From an uncultured Methanoregulaceae archaeon (lineage in GTDB: Archaea; Halobacteriota; Methanomicrobia; Methanomicrobiales; Methanospirillaceae), in assembly GCA_963705255.1 (NCBI GenBank), contig OY970061.1, forward strand, positions 1,024,001-1,088,000: DNA of 64,000 bases. Direction: 5' to 3'. A model generated the notes under the pieces. That model was not told the DNA's origin, did no database searches, and was given only the letters and a program-made list of their open reading frames with translations. Both the position numbers and the translations under genes were made by a program. Of the stretch, positions 1 to 9,746 are shown piece by piece; the stretch's first letter is position 1, and the number at the start of each line of letters is the position of its first letter.

Positions 1-1130
1 GCTGCGTTCCTGTGAGGGGTAACCTGTTCGATCTCGTTGGCTTTTGCCTTCTGTACAATGACAAGGGATTCGAGCAGGTCGTCAAACCCCGTGGCAAAGA
101 CCGTCCCTTTCGATACGGTGTTCAGCTGGTGGCCTGCACGTCCGACCCGCTGCACCAGCCGGGCGACCTCCCGGGGAGAACCGAACTGGACGACATGATC
201 GACCCGCCCGATATCGATCCCCAGTTCCATCGACGAGGTACAGATAAGGGTCCGGATCTCGCCCCGTTTGAACCGCTCTTCGGCATCGATCCTCACTTCC
301 TTTGAGAGCGACCCGTGGTGGACTTCGACATCTCCCCTCTCGAATAGTGCGTGTCCCAGGGCCTCGGCAGTCACCCGGGTGTTGACAAAGACCAGGGTCG
401 ACCCCTCCCGTTGTAGCGCTTTTGAAAGCTCTCTCACCTGGTGCTGGAAATCATCGCCAACGAATTTTACCACGATCTCCAGTTGTTTTGCCACCGGGAC
501 CTGCACGACAGAAAATTTCCGGGCCCCGCACAGGAACCGCGCCACATCCCCGGGATTTCCGACCGTTGCCGACAACCCGATCCGCTGGAACTCGCCGGCA
601 TGGACAACGAGCCGCTCCAGTGCAACCGAGAGCTGGGCCCCCCGCTTGCTTCCGGCAAGCTCATGAATCTCATCGATGATCACATACTTCACGTTTGCCA
701 GGTGCTTCCGGAGCCGTTTTCCCATGAAGAGGGCCTGGAGGGTCTCGGGAGTCGTGATCAGGAGATCGGGAGGAGAAAGGGCCTGCTTTCGCCGTTCTGA
801 AAGAGGCGTGTCCCCGTGGCGGACCCCGGCCCTGAGGCCCAGTTCGCTGCACCACCACTGCATCCGGGAAAGGATATCGCGGTTCAGGGAGCGGAGCGGG
901 GTGATGTAGAGCGCCTTGATCCCGCCGCCGGCAGGCAGGGAGAGCAGGCGGTCAAAGACGGGGAACATGGCACTCTCGGTCTTGCCGGTACCCGTTGGTG
1001 CGATCAGGACGACGTTGTTCCCGTCACGGATGAGGGGGATTGCCTGTTTCTGGGCGTCTGAAAGGGCGGTAAAACCGCGTTTGCGGATGCACGCCTGCAC
1101 TTTTGGATCGAGAGCTTCAATCTCCTTCAT
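1..1130 (-). CDS. lhr: Lhr-family DEAD/DEAH-box helicase (5' part; runs off the window)
   Basis: Manual minus-strand translation from ATG 1130: MKEIEALDPKVQACIRKRGF...APTGTGKT (Walker A), YITPLRSLNRD, RHGDT, ITTPETL, IIDEIHEL (motif II), GLSATVG, HHGSLS, TSSMELGIDIG, QRVGRAGH. Not in the ORF track. Confidence 0.93.
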   Translation of the reverse strand, partial: MKEIEALDPKVQACIRKRGFTALSDAQKQAIPLIRDGNNVVLIAPTGTGKTESAMFPVFDRLLSLPAGGGIKALYITPLRSLNRDILSRMQWWCSELGLRAGVRHGDTPLSERRKQALSPPDLLITTPETLQALFMGKRLRKHLANVKYVIIDEIHELAGSKRGAQLSVALERLVVHAGEFQRIGLSATVGNPGDVARFLCGARKFSVVQVPVAKQLEIVVKFVGDDFQHQVRELSKALQREGSTLVFVNTRVTAEALGHALFERGDVEVHHGSLSKEVRIDAEERFKRGEIRTLICTSSMELGIDIGRVDHVVQFGSPREVARLVQRVGRAGHQLNTVSKGTVFATGFDDLLESLVIVQKAKANEIEQVTPHRNA

Positions 1131-1872
1131 CGGTATCGATCGTGCTCAGGGGACCGATGTACGTCCCGTCGGCAAGGATGATCTCGGCTTCGTCCTGTTT
1201 CATGCACCGCGAGAGGGGCGAGAACGGGTTCTTCGTGATCTGGAGGATATCATAGCCGGCAATTTCGTTGAACGAAGGTACGAACAGGACGCGGGTGGGT
1301 GTTCCCGGGCCCGCAGGTTCCTGCAGGCCAAGTCTCTCCATATCGAGCCCGGCCCGGAGGTATGCCGGTGCCTGGAGCGCACAGCCGACATCATCCCTGA
1401 GGGAGAGGAGCGGGTGGTGGTGACCGACAACCATCAGGTGCCCTGATAGTGCCGCAGACGGGTACATGTGCCCGTGCAGGTACCCGACACCATCGATAAC
1501 CGCACCCTCTTTCGGCCTGAGCTCGTCTTTCCGGACGAAGCGCTCGATGCCGATATCGTGATTGCCGGGGAAGAGCACCAGGGGAATGCGGTCCCTGATC
1601 GACCTGAGGATTCCGGGCATCTCATAGAACTCCTGACGGGTGAGCGACGGGATGCTGTGCTTCACGTCGCCGAGCAGCACAAGAGCGTCCGCATCCGCCC
1701 GGTCGATCACTTTCAGGAGGCGTTCGAGCCTGTCGGCACTCCTGCTCCGGAAATGCAGTCCGTGTGCACGGAGGTCGGCCTCGATCCCGAAGTGGAGGTC
1801 GGCGACGATGAGCAGTCGCTCTTCCCCTTCAATCACGAGAGCCGGGCCATCACCGATAAATTCCAGTTTCAT
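1117..1872 (-). CDS. Metallophosphoesterase (calcineurin-like, Lhr-associated)
   Basis: ADLHFG, LLGDVKH, PGNHD, HGH and GHHHP metal-binding motifs; overlaps the lhr start. Confidence 0.88.
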   Translation of the reverse strand: MKLEFIGDGPALVIEGEERLLIVADLHFGIEADLRAHGLHFRSRSADRLERLLKVIDRADADALVLLGDVKHSIPSLTRQEFYEMPGILRSIRDRIPLVLFPGNHDIGIERFVRKDELRPKEGAVIDGVGYLHGHMYPSAALSGHLMVVGHHHPLLSLRDDVGCALQAPAYLRAGLDMERLGLQEPAGPGTPTRVLFVPSFNEIAGYDILQITKNPFSPLSRCMKQDEAEIILADGTYIGPLSTIDTDEGD

Positions 1873-2642
1873 AACCGTTTGACAAACCCCTTCTGGGGCT
1901 GGTAACACTCGTCTTCAACGATAAGTGATTCAATTGCTGACAAGACCGCGTCCCCGGGGATACCCCGGAGGGACGCAGCCCCGATGATCTCTTCAACTGC
2001 AATTCCTCTCGGCCCGCTCTGCACCTGCATCAGTTCAAGCACCAGTGCGCGGGCATCAGGCCGGCTCTCCGGTGGATTTGTGCCATCGGGACAGGTGCTC
2101 CGGACCGCTCCGTCAACCATCAGGAGCAGGTCCTCAAGCACGGCCGCGGTCACGGCATAGTGGCGGTATGCACGCGTGACCCGCGCATCCGTGCATTCTC
2201 CCTCAAGGGCACGGGACATCTGCTCAAGTCGTCCGAGCGTCGCTTCGGCAGTACCGAGGGTTATCCTGTCGCGCGTGGCACGGTCGATCACCCGGACATA
2301 CTCCGGGCGGACAGAGAGACTGACCGTCTGGTTCTTCTGGTATATCTGTGCCTGCCCGGTCAGGGATACGAAGGATGGCACGGGAATTTTTCTGAACGTT
2401 TCAGCAATGGCCGTACTCCTGCCCCCGCTTACGACATCGAATGCACCGGTGGGATCTGCCACCCGGCACCGGATCATATCCCCGGAATCGTTCACTTCGG
2501 TCAGGGCACCGGCAAGGTACATGAGGCGGCACCATGCACCACCCGGGGTAACCACCGCCGGAGGGGACCCGGGGTCACCACAGGGTGCCGACAGGGTCGA
2601 ACGGCTGAACTCGCCGGCAAATACTCGTGCTGTGCCTTCCAT
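1869..2642 (-). CDS. OB-fold RPA-like/RPA-associated protein with C-terminal winged-helix-like region
   Basis: ARVFAGEF...VVTPGGAWCRLMYLAGALTEV...RVADPTGAF pattern typical of archaeal RPA-associated OB proteins. Confidence 0.7.
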   Translation of the reverse strand: MEGTARVFAGEFSRSTLSAPCGDPGSPPAVVTPGGAWCRLMYLAGALTEVNDSGDMIRCRVADPTGAFDVVSGGRSTAIAETFRKIPVPSFVSLTGQAQIYQKNQTVSLSVRPEYVRVIDRATRDRITLGTAEATLGRLEQMSRALEGECTDARVTRAYRHYAVTAAVLEDLLLMVDGAVRSTCPDGTNPPESRPDARALVLELMQVQSGPRGIAVEEIIGAASLRGIPGDAVLSAIESLIVEDECYQPQKGFVKRL

Positions 2643-2787
2643 ACTCCGTAACAGGATTGTGGCGGGGAGATATTCAAGATATAGTCAGTGCCAAGCGGCT
2701 GAAAAGTCCTTAACAGCTTATTCATGTCGTATGATAATACAGAGCACGATCCGGGAGCCATCAATCCGCAATCTGTACGGACATTTT

Positions 2788-3395
2788 GACACTGAAGAAG
2801 ACAGGGATCCAACCAGAGATTGTATTGACAGATCATGACGATGAGAGAAAAGGTACTCTGTAGAGAGCCTGTCAGTGTCCATTTTTTGTAAAATACTTGA
2901 AGAGGCTATGAGGGTGACCCCCTCTCTCATGTCGCAGAACTCTGACGAGTTCTTCTCCAGTCTACTCTTCCCTTCGGGAACAGCAGTCTCCCCGGAGGGG
3001 GAGGCAGCGAAGATGCGAATGCATCTTCTCGATATCGTAGTCTGATGACTACTCAATCAGCCCAAGGGGTGCATCCCCTTGAATCTCTGAGAGGTCTTCA
3101 GACCTCGAAGAGGAGAAGGGAGGCAAGAGCCGACCTTCGACCCGTCTATTAGTCCCCCGTTCTCTTGAGAATTTCTCGCTAACCTTCTGAGTGACTATCG
3201 CATTATGGAGGAAATCTGCCGTTGCCCAAGGCAAGGGCAGATTCGAGAAGATGCGAGAGCATCTTCGCTGTGCCCTGGTGGCAGGCAATTCGAAGAACGC
3301 TGACGCGTTCTTCTCTTGTCTCCATGACTTCGTCATGTCGACATCCCCAAGAGCGTCATGACATTGTTCCAATGATTTTTACAGAGCCAAAAAAG
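2788..3395. repeat. Dense hairpin/palindrome array (structured ncRNA or REP-like cluster)
   Basis: About 12 short near-perfect stems, e.g. GAAGATGC-gaat-GCATCTTC 3009-3028, GAAGATGC-gaga-GCATCTTC 3247-3266, GAAGAACGC-tgac-GCGTTCTTC 3292-3313; enclosing pair TCATGACG 2833-2840 / CGTCATGA 3354-3361. Confidence 0.75.
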
Positions 3396-3419
3396 GCTCC
3401 TCTCGTAGTCCAGGACCCT

Positions 3420-3929
3420 TCAGATGACAGGTGGTTTGAGTGTCGGGTCAAGGGCAGTTGCATTCGAATATGCTGCTCTTGCCTCTTCAAGCCTTCCAAG
3501 GTTCCTGAGCGCATTCCCCTTGTTGAACCACGCGATAGACTGCAGGGTGGTCATGTTGCCCTTGTAGGAAAGCGCAGCGTCAGCTGCGGTAATAGCTTCG
3601 TTGTTCCGACCGAGTTCCACGAGTATCCCGGCCCGGTTTGCCTGGATGAGTGGGATGAGCGAAGTGGCGTTCAGGGTAAGGGCCTGGTCTGCATCAGACA
3701 GAGCTTCACTATAATTACCGGCGTTGGCCAGGTCGACACTCTTCGTATACAATGCCCCGGCCTGCTGGAATCGGGTGGCTTCGTCTTTTGGCGATGGCGG
3801 CTGGAAGGTCAAAAAGATCGCTGCCACAATCACAACTGCCGCAACCACACCGGCTACAAGCAGGTAATTCCGGATTTTTCCGGGGGATTTTTTTGGAGCG
3901 TTATCTGCCGGTTTTTTGGAGGGTTTCAT
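3420..3929 (-). CDS. Membrane-anchored TPR protein
   Basis: Basic N-terminus plus hydrophobic TM segment, followed by TPR motifs (AWFNKGNALRNLGRLEEA). Confidence 0.85.
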   Translation of the reverse strand: MKPSKKPADNAPKKSPGKIRNYLLVAGVVAAVVIVAAIFLTFQPPSPKDEATRFQQAGALYTKSVDLANAGNYSEALSDADQALTLNATSLIPLIQANRAGILVELGRNNEAITAADAALSYKGNMTTLQSIAWFNKGNALRNLGRLEEARAAYSNATALDPTLKPPVI

Positions 3930-3977
3930 CCTTCACCGGTATGTGAGTTATCGGTATTAAAGGAAATGAAAAAAGAG

Positions 3978-5000
3978 CTATTTTTTCCAGAGAATCACCG
4001 CGACAGCGCCGATGATTCCTGCAACTGCAAGTACGGCCGGCAGGGGCGCATAGGTCGTCTTCTTTGCGACCGGCGAGGTCGTTGCGACCGTCGTGGCCTG
4101 GAAAGTCGGCGTTGTTGTGGAAGCAACAGGCTGCGTTGTCAGTACCGGTTGGGGGCCCGTCGTCGAAGGGACTGCGGTCTGATCGCTGACAAAGGTGACG
4201 TTCGCTGTCGTTGACAGCAGCCCGGGATAGTTCACCGGACTGCCCGGATAACTGTCCTGCATGCCGTTGAGGTTCTGGGTTACGGTAAACGTGTAGGTCC
4301 CAAGGGGATAGATGATATATCCCTGGGCATTGCGGGCCAGGCGGTCCCATGCTTCCCCCTGGCTCCAGAAGTAGGGAGACGATGGGATGGGCGGGTTGGT
4401 ATTCACGATAAGGAGAGGTGCACTGGAATTCCCGGCATCTCCGGTATAGATGGTGGTTAACGTCTTTCCATTGGGATCGGTGAGCGTGAACGTATAGGGG
4501 GAATCGGCGGGATTGGAGTTGGGCCTGTTCAGCGGGCTGAGTGCCGCGGCAAGGTTCGTATCGATCCGGTACGTGACATTTGACGACACGGGAACGGACT
4601 GGCCTGTCACGTCACTGTTGTTGTCAAGATCCCAGACCTTGATATCTATCTGGGGTTCGTTCACCGTGAAGGCGGTATAATAGGGTTTGCTGTCCACGCA
4701 ATACCAGGAACCGGTATACCCGGAGAATATGTCCGGGCTGAAATTGAAGTGATATATCCGGTATGAATCCGAACCGATAGCATAAATCGTGAGATTGGTC
4801 ACTGCCGGTACGCTGTTGATGTCGCTGCCGTTCTGCCACCAGGCTATCGTATGGCACCCGTTGAGTCCGGAGGAGATATCCACATTATTTTCTCCGATGA
4901 ATACCGGGGCACCTGCAGAAATTTTGCTCAAGCTGCCCGCCACTGGTGAAGCGACAAGAAGGATTACGATAAGAGCGGGCAAAATATATTTTCCGTGCAT
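3978..5000 (-). CDS. DUF3821-like secreted cell-surface glycoprotein with Thr-rich linker and C-terminal TM anchor
   Basis: Signal peptide, GAPVFIGENNVDIS motif, several N-x-S/T sequons, Thr-rich tail, KKTTYAPL-hydrophobic-KK anchor. Confidence 0.7.
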   Translation of the reverse strand: MHGKYILPALIVILLVASPVAGSLSKISAGAPVFIGENNVDISSGLNGCHTIAWWQNGSDINSVPAVTNLTIYAIGSDSYRIYHFNFSPDIFSGYTGSWYCVDSKPYYTAFTVNEPQIDIKVWDLDNNSDVTGQSVPVSSNVTYRIDTNLAAALSPLNRPNSNPADSPYTFTLTDPNGKTLTTIYTGDAGNSSAPLLIVNTNPPIPSSPYFWSQGEAWDRLARNAQGYIIYPLGTYTFTVTQNLNGMQDSYPGSPVNYPGLLSTTANVTFVSDQTAVPSTTGPQPVLTTQPVASTTTPTFQATTVATTSPVAKKTTYAPLPAVLAVAGIIGAVAVILWKK

Positions 5001-5147
5001 GAAAGTAATTTCAAAACCATTATGATAAACATTATGACATTTATTAAAAACAGCGGGCAATTTTCCCATAAACACAGGTTTCTCAAGGAAAGAGATCCAA
5101 TACGGTTCACAGGAACCCATATGTCCTGCCCGATGAGATGATACATC

Positions 5148-6116
5148 ATGGATGATACCCACACCATCTGGATAGAGAAATACCGTCCTGCGAAGCTGGC
5201 TGATATTGTCGGGCAGGACGAGATAGTGGAGCGGTTGTCATCGTACGTTAAAAGCGGTAACCTGCCGCACCTCCTTTTTACCGGCAGCGCGGGCATCGGA
5301 AAGACTACGGCCGCGGTGACGCTGGCCCGCGAATTTTTCAGGGATTCATGGCAGATGAACTTCCGGGAACTGAACGCTTCGGATGAACGGGGTATCGATG
5401 TTGTCAGAAACCAGATCAAGCAGTTCGCCCGGACCACCCCCCTCGGGGATGCCACCTTCAAGATCCTCTTCCTGGATGAAGCCGATGCCCTGACGATCGA
5501 TGCCCAGGCAGCCCTGCGCCGGACCATGGAGAGTTATGCCCAGACCTGCCGGTTCATCCTTTCCTGCAACTATTCATCGAAAATAATCGATCCGATCCAG
5601 AGCAGGTGCGCCATCTACCGGTTCAAGCCACTGGGGGCTGAGGCCATAAAAGAAGAGATACGCCGCATCGCAGCCCGGGAGAATCTTTCCATAACCGGCA
5701 GCGCGATGGAGGCCATCGTCTACATTGCGCAAGGCGACATGCGCAAGGCGATCAACGCCGTGCAGGGCGCAGCGATACTCAATACTGCCATTGACGAGAA
5801 GATGGTGTACGCCATAACCTCGACCGCCCGGCCGGACGAGATCGACGAACTTCTCACCCTCTCGCTCAGCGGGGACTTTGATGCAGCGGAGTCGGTCCTC
5901 GCCCACCTCATCCACGAGCGGGGAATTGCTCCGAACGAGCTGATAAACCAGTGCTACCGTGCGCTGGTGAAACGGGACGTGGACAGGAAGCTGAAAGTTG
6001 AACTGATCGACCACATCGGCGAGACGGACTTCCGCCTCTCGGAAGGGGCGAACAGTGACATCCAGATGGAAGCGCTCATCGCGCGTTTCGTCCTTTCCGC
6101 GCAGAAGAACCGGTGA
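5148..6116 (+). CDS. rfcS: Replication factor C small subunit
   Basis: [32 protein letters not shown] motifs. Confidence 0.97.
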   Translation: MDDTHTIWIEKYRPAKLADIVGQDEIVERLSSYVKSGNLPHLLFTGSAGIGKTTAAVTLAREFFRDSWQMNFRELNASDERGIDVVRNQIKQFARTTPLGDATFKILFLDEADALTIDAQAALRRTMESYAQTCRFILSCNYSSKIIDPIQSRCAIYRFKPLGAEAIKEEIRRIAARENLSITGSAMEAIVYIAQGDMRKAINAVQGAAILNTAIDEKMVYAITSTARPDEIDELLTLSLSGDFDAAESVLAHLIHERGIAPNELINQCYRALVKRDVDRKLKVELIDHIGETDFRLSEGANSDIQMEALIARFVLSAQKNR

Positions 6117-8233
6117 GTCAAACTATGGAGAATACCCCCTCTCTTCAGGATACGGATAAGACCGCGGACTGGAGCAGGCTGCTCAAAAGCAAATACAAAA
6201 AGGAGCTGGGGGAACTCTCCCGCGAATATCCCCACAAGCGGTCCCTTTACATTGATTACCGGGATGTTATCCGTGCCCATGGTGGTACAAAACTCGCGGA
6301 TGAACTCCTGGAGAATCCCGGAAAAGTCCTCGAGGATGTCTGGGATGCAATAAAAAACAGCCAGCTCGTCAGGACCAAAGACGGGAAAGAGCCAAAAGGT
6401 ATCAATATCCGTTTTACCAACCTCCCGAAAAAGACCGGCATCCGGCTTATCAGGTCAGATGATATCAACACCTTCGTTTCCGTTGAAGGCATCCTCCGCA
6501 AGACCACGGAGGTCCGGCCCCGCGTTGTCGAGGCAGTCTTCCGCTGTCCCGCCGGGCATTTCACGATAAAAAAGCAGAAATACGGGAAATTTATCGAACC
6601 GGACGGATGCGCCACAGACGGGTGCACGTTCAAGAAACTCGAGCTGGTGCCAAAACGGTCAAAATTCGTGGATTCCCAGAAGCTCCGGATCCAGGAGTCC
6701 CCGGAGGGGCTGCGCGGGGGGGAACAGCCCCAGACACTTGATATTGACGTGACCGACGACCTGTCCGGGAGGGTCTCACCGGGAGACCGGGTCATCATCA
6801 ACGGCATCCTCCGTTCCATGCAGAGGATTGTCAGAGGTGAGAAGAGCACGGTGTTCGACATCTTCCTCGAATGCAACTCCATCGAGATTGCAGAAAAAGA
6901 GTTTGAAGAGGTGGACATCGACGAGAAAGCCGAGGACGAGATCAGGGCCCTCAGCAAAGACCCGATGATCTACCGGATGATCACCCACTCGATTGCACCC
7001 ACGATCTATGGCAGTGAAGACGTGAAACAGGCCATCGCACTCCAGCTCTTTGGGGGTATCGCAAAGGAGATGCCCGACGGCACCCACCTCCGGGGGGATA
7101 TCCATGTCCTGCTCATCGGGGACCCGGGCATTGCAAAAAGCCAGTTGCTGAGGTACGTGGTAAAACTCTCCCCCCGCGCGATTTACACAAGCGGCCAGTC
7201 ATCCACTGCAGCCGGGCTCACGGCAACCGCGGTGAAGGATGAGTTCGGGGAAGGCCGCTGGACTCTCGAAGCGGGGGCACTCGTGCTCGCGGACATGGGC
7301 GTTGCAGCAGTCGACGAGATGGACAAGATGGAGAAAGGTGATCGGTCCGCACTCCACGAGGCCATGGAGCAGCAGTCCATCAGCGTGGCAAAGGCGGGTA
7401 TAACCGCAACACTCAAGTCGCGGTGTGCACTCCTCGGTGCGGCGAACCCTAAGTATGGCAGGTTCGATATGTTCGGGGACATCTCGGACCAGATCAATAT
7501 GCCCCCGTCACTGCTCTCCCGGTTCGACCTTATCTTCATCATGACAGACCAGCCCGAACAGAAACGGGACCTCGCGATCGCCGAACACATCCTCAAGGCT
7601 CACAGCACAGGCGAACTGATCGCCCAGCACAAGAAGACCCCCATCCCGGGGGTCACGGACGATTACATCCAGCAGCAGCTCAAACCCGTGATGCCGGACA
7701 TCGACCCTTCCCTCTTCCGCAAATACGTCGCGTACTCGAAACGTTCCTGCTACCCCATACTCTCACCGGAAGCACAAGAGGTCCTTGTCGCATACTATCT
7801 CAAACTGAGAGGGATTGCCGAGCCCAACAAACCCGTGCCGGTGACCGCCCGCCAGCTCGAGGCGCTCGTGCGGCTTGCGGAAGCAAGCGCGCGGATCCGC
7901 CTGTCAGATACAATCGAGCAGAGCGACGCAGAACGGGTGATCCATATCGTGGATGCCTGCCTGCGCCAGATCGCGTACGATGCGAAGACGGGGACGTTCG
8001 ATATCGACAAGGTCGTCACAGGCATCTCCAAGGAGAAACGTGACATTGTGCGGGTGATCAAGGACGCCATCCGCGACATTGGCGGAGAGGGAAGGCGCGC
8101 CGGGATTGACCAGGTCATCGACGCGGCCAGTTCCAAGGGGTTCGCGCGGGAAAAGGTCAAAGAAGGGATTGACATGCTTCTCCGGCATGGAGAGGCCATG
8201 GAACCGAAATCAGGGATAATCCAGTTGATATAA
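6113..8233 (+). CDS. mcm: MCM replicative helicase
   Basis: [37 protein letters not shown] motifs; no intein seen. Confidence 0.98.
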   Translation: MSQTMENTPSLQDTDKTADWSRLLKSKYKKELGELSREYPHKRSLYIDYRDVIRAHGGTKLADELLENPGKVLEDVWDAIKNSQLVRTKDGKEPKGINIRFTNLPKKTGIRLIRSDDINTFVSVEGILRKTTEVRPRVVEAVFRCPAGHFTIKKQKYGKFIEPDGCATDGCTFKKLELVPKRSKFVDSQKLRIQESPEGLRGGEQPQTLDIDVTDDLSGRVSPGDRVIINGILRSMQRIVRGEKSTVFDIFLECNSIEIAEKEFEEVDIDEKAEDEIRALSKDPMIYRMITHSIAPTIYGSEDVKQAIALQLFGGIAKEMPDGTHLRGDIHVLLIGDPGIAKSQLLRYVVKLSPRAIYTSGQSSTAAGLTATAVKDEFGEGRWTLEAGALVLADMGVAAVDEMDKMEKGDRSALHEAMEQQSISVAKAGITATLKSRCALLGAANPKYGRFDMFGDISDQINMPPSLLSRFDLIFIMTDQPEQKRDLAIAEHILKAHSTGELIAQHKKTPIPGVTDDYIQQQLKPVMPDIDPSLFRKYVAYSKRSCYPILSPEAQEVLVAYYLKLRGIAEPNKPVPVTARQLEALVRLAEASARIRLSDTIEQSDAERVIHIVDACLRQIAYDAKTGTFDIDKVVTGISKEKRDIVRVIKDAIRDIGGEGRRAGIDQVIDAASSKGFAREKVKEGIDMLLRHGEAMEPKSGIIQLI

Positions 8234-8242
8234 GGTGCAGCT

Positions 8243-8596
8243 ATGGGAAGTGACAGGGAGCAGGCAGTTTTTGAAGCAGGGATCAAACTGGGAGCGCTCT
8301 ACCACCAGTGGGTTGGTACCCCAATCTCGCGCGGATCCGCGTCCAGCATCGAAACTGCAATCGAACATGCTGTCATCCTCCAGCCATTTGTTGAAGAGAT
8401 CACGGTGCGCCTCGATCGCAGCCGGATGACCGGGAACAGGTTCGGGTACAGCGAACTCTCAGGACTGATGTTTGACGTCGAGATCGTGACCCGGGTTGGG
8501 TTTGCCTATTGCAGGGCCCGGCTCAGCCCCTCGGGTGGTTATCCCCTTATGCAGATTGCGGAGTGCAATGAGATCCCCGAAATTTCCCGTCACTGA
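8243..8596 (+). CDS. mptD: Archaeal dihydroneopterin aldolase
   Basis: FEAGIKLGALYHQWVGTP and FGYSEL...YPLM signature of the MptD/DUF381 family. Confidence 0.88.
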   Translation: MGSDREQAVFEAGIKLGALYHQWVGTPISRGSASSIETAIEHAVILQPFVEEITVRLDRSRMTGNRFGYSELSGLMFDVEIVTRVGFAYCRARLSPSGGYPLMQIAECNEIPEISRH

Positions 8597-9398
8597 CGAC
8601 CACATCCATATCGATCCGCTCAATGGCCGCGGCATGGAGGCCGCCAAAGACTTTCTCCGGGCTGGGGGGACCCACCTGTTTCTGGTCTCGAAACCCTCGT
8701 GGTCGTTATCGGTCCACCCGGTATCGGGTATGGATTTTACCCGTGTCTTTGACGAAACGATCCGGATCGCCGGTATGATTGCCGATACCGGCGTTGTTGT
8801 CTACCCGGTACTGGGCGTGCATCCTGCTGAGATCAGCCGCCTCACCGACCGCATGTCCCTGGAAGAGGCGGCAGGCGTCATGAAAGGCGGGCTTGACTGC
8901 GCTGCACGGTATGTACAGGAAGGAAAAGCAGTTGCACTGAAAAGCGGGAGACCTCATTATGATGTGAGCCCCGAAAGCCTCGCAGCATCAAATGATGTCC
9001 TCGCGCACGCCCTCGCACTCGCGCATGACTGCCGGTGCGCCCTGCAGGTCCATGCCGAGAGCGGACCATGTGCGGATATCGCGGATATGGCACGACAGGC
9101 CGGAGTAACGACAGACAGGGTGGTGAAACACTATGGTTCCCCGGATACACCGCTGCACCCTTCCCTCATTGCAAAACACGAAGCCATCCCCGGCCTTGTC
9201 CGGTCGATGCGGCCATTTACCATGGAGAGTGATTACATGGACGAGAACTCTCGTCCCGGTGCAGTGACAGGCCCAAAATCAGTCCCCCGGTATACCAACA
9301 AGCTCCTCGAATCCGGACAGATCACGGAAGAGGACTGTTTCCGGATCCATGCGGAGACCATCGGGAAAGTCTACGGAGTTACCATTCTCCTGCCGTGA
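8568..9398 (+). CDS. TatD-like metal-dependent hydrolase (archaeal)
   Basis: DDHIH, GVHPAE, KSGRPHY, QVHAE, VKHY, MESDYMDE motifs. Confidence 0.85.
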   Translation: MRSPKFPVTDDHIHIDPLNGRGMEAAKDFLRAGGTHLFLVSKPSWSLSVHPVSGMDFTRVFDETIRIAGMIADTGVVVYPVLGVHPAEISRLTDRMSLEEAAGVMKGGLDCAARYVQEGKAVALKSGRPHYDVSPESLAASNDVLAHALALAHDCRCALQVHAESGPCADIADMARQAGVTTDRVVKHYGSPDTPLHPSLIAKHEAIPGLVRSMRPFTMESDYMDENSRPGAVTGPKSVPRYTNKLLESGQITEEDCFRIHAETIGKVYGVTILLP

Positions 9399-9452
9399 CC
9401 GCCCCTGCCACAGACTCACCTTTTTTTATGCCGGCCATCCAATGAGCTATCA

Positions 9453-9746
9453 ATGTTTTTGAAGATCCATCGCTCGCCCGGCATGGGCGATGTTGTTGCC
9501 GTGTGCGATCGCGAACTTATCAATACGACGATACGCCATGACAGGATAACCGTCACCGTCACGGAAGCGTTCTATGGCAACCGCCCCGCAACCGAATCAG
9601 AGATCCGGGACGCCCTGACAAAAGCGGGCAACATCAACCTCATGGGGGAACGGGCCGTTGCTCTCGCCATTGAACTGGGACTTATCAGCCGGTCCGGCTG
9701 CATCATGATCGGGAAAGTGCCGCACGCACAGATCTACCAGCTATGA
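9453..9746 (+). CDS. DUF424 family protein
   Basis: VVAVCDREL...FYG...INLMGERAV...GKVPHAQ pattern; neighbour of NMD3. Confidence 0.85.
   Translation: MFLKIHRSPGMGDVVAVCDRELINTTIRHDRITVTVTEAFYGNRPATESEIRDALTKAGNINLMGERAVALAIELGLISRSGCIMIGKVPHAQIYQL

Noticed and set aside
2718-3372. Minus-strand ORFs 2718-3056 and 3049-3372 as proteins
   Set aside because: No recognisable motifs and Ser/Arg-rich composition; they coincide with the hairpin array, which explains the sequence better.
2788-3395. Hairpin array as CRISPR, RNase P RNA, SRP RNA or tRNA cluster
   Set aside because: No identical repeats with regular spacers, no RNase P GAGGAAAGTCC core, and no SRP or tRNA cloverleaf/TTCGA-arm pattern recognised by eye; an Rfam scan is still advisable.
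5000-8233. Replication origin near rfcS-mcm
   Set aside because: No cdc6/orc1 gene and no repeated ORB boxes seen in nearby intergenic DNA.
6113-8233. Intein in MCM (also checked RFC and NrdD)
   Set aside because: Lengths are normal and motifs contiguous; no C/S...HN splice junction insert seen.
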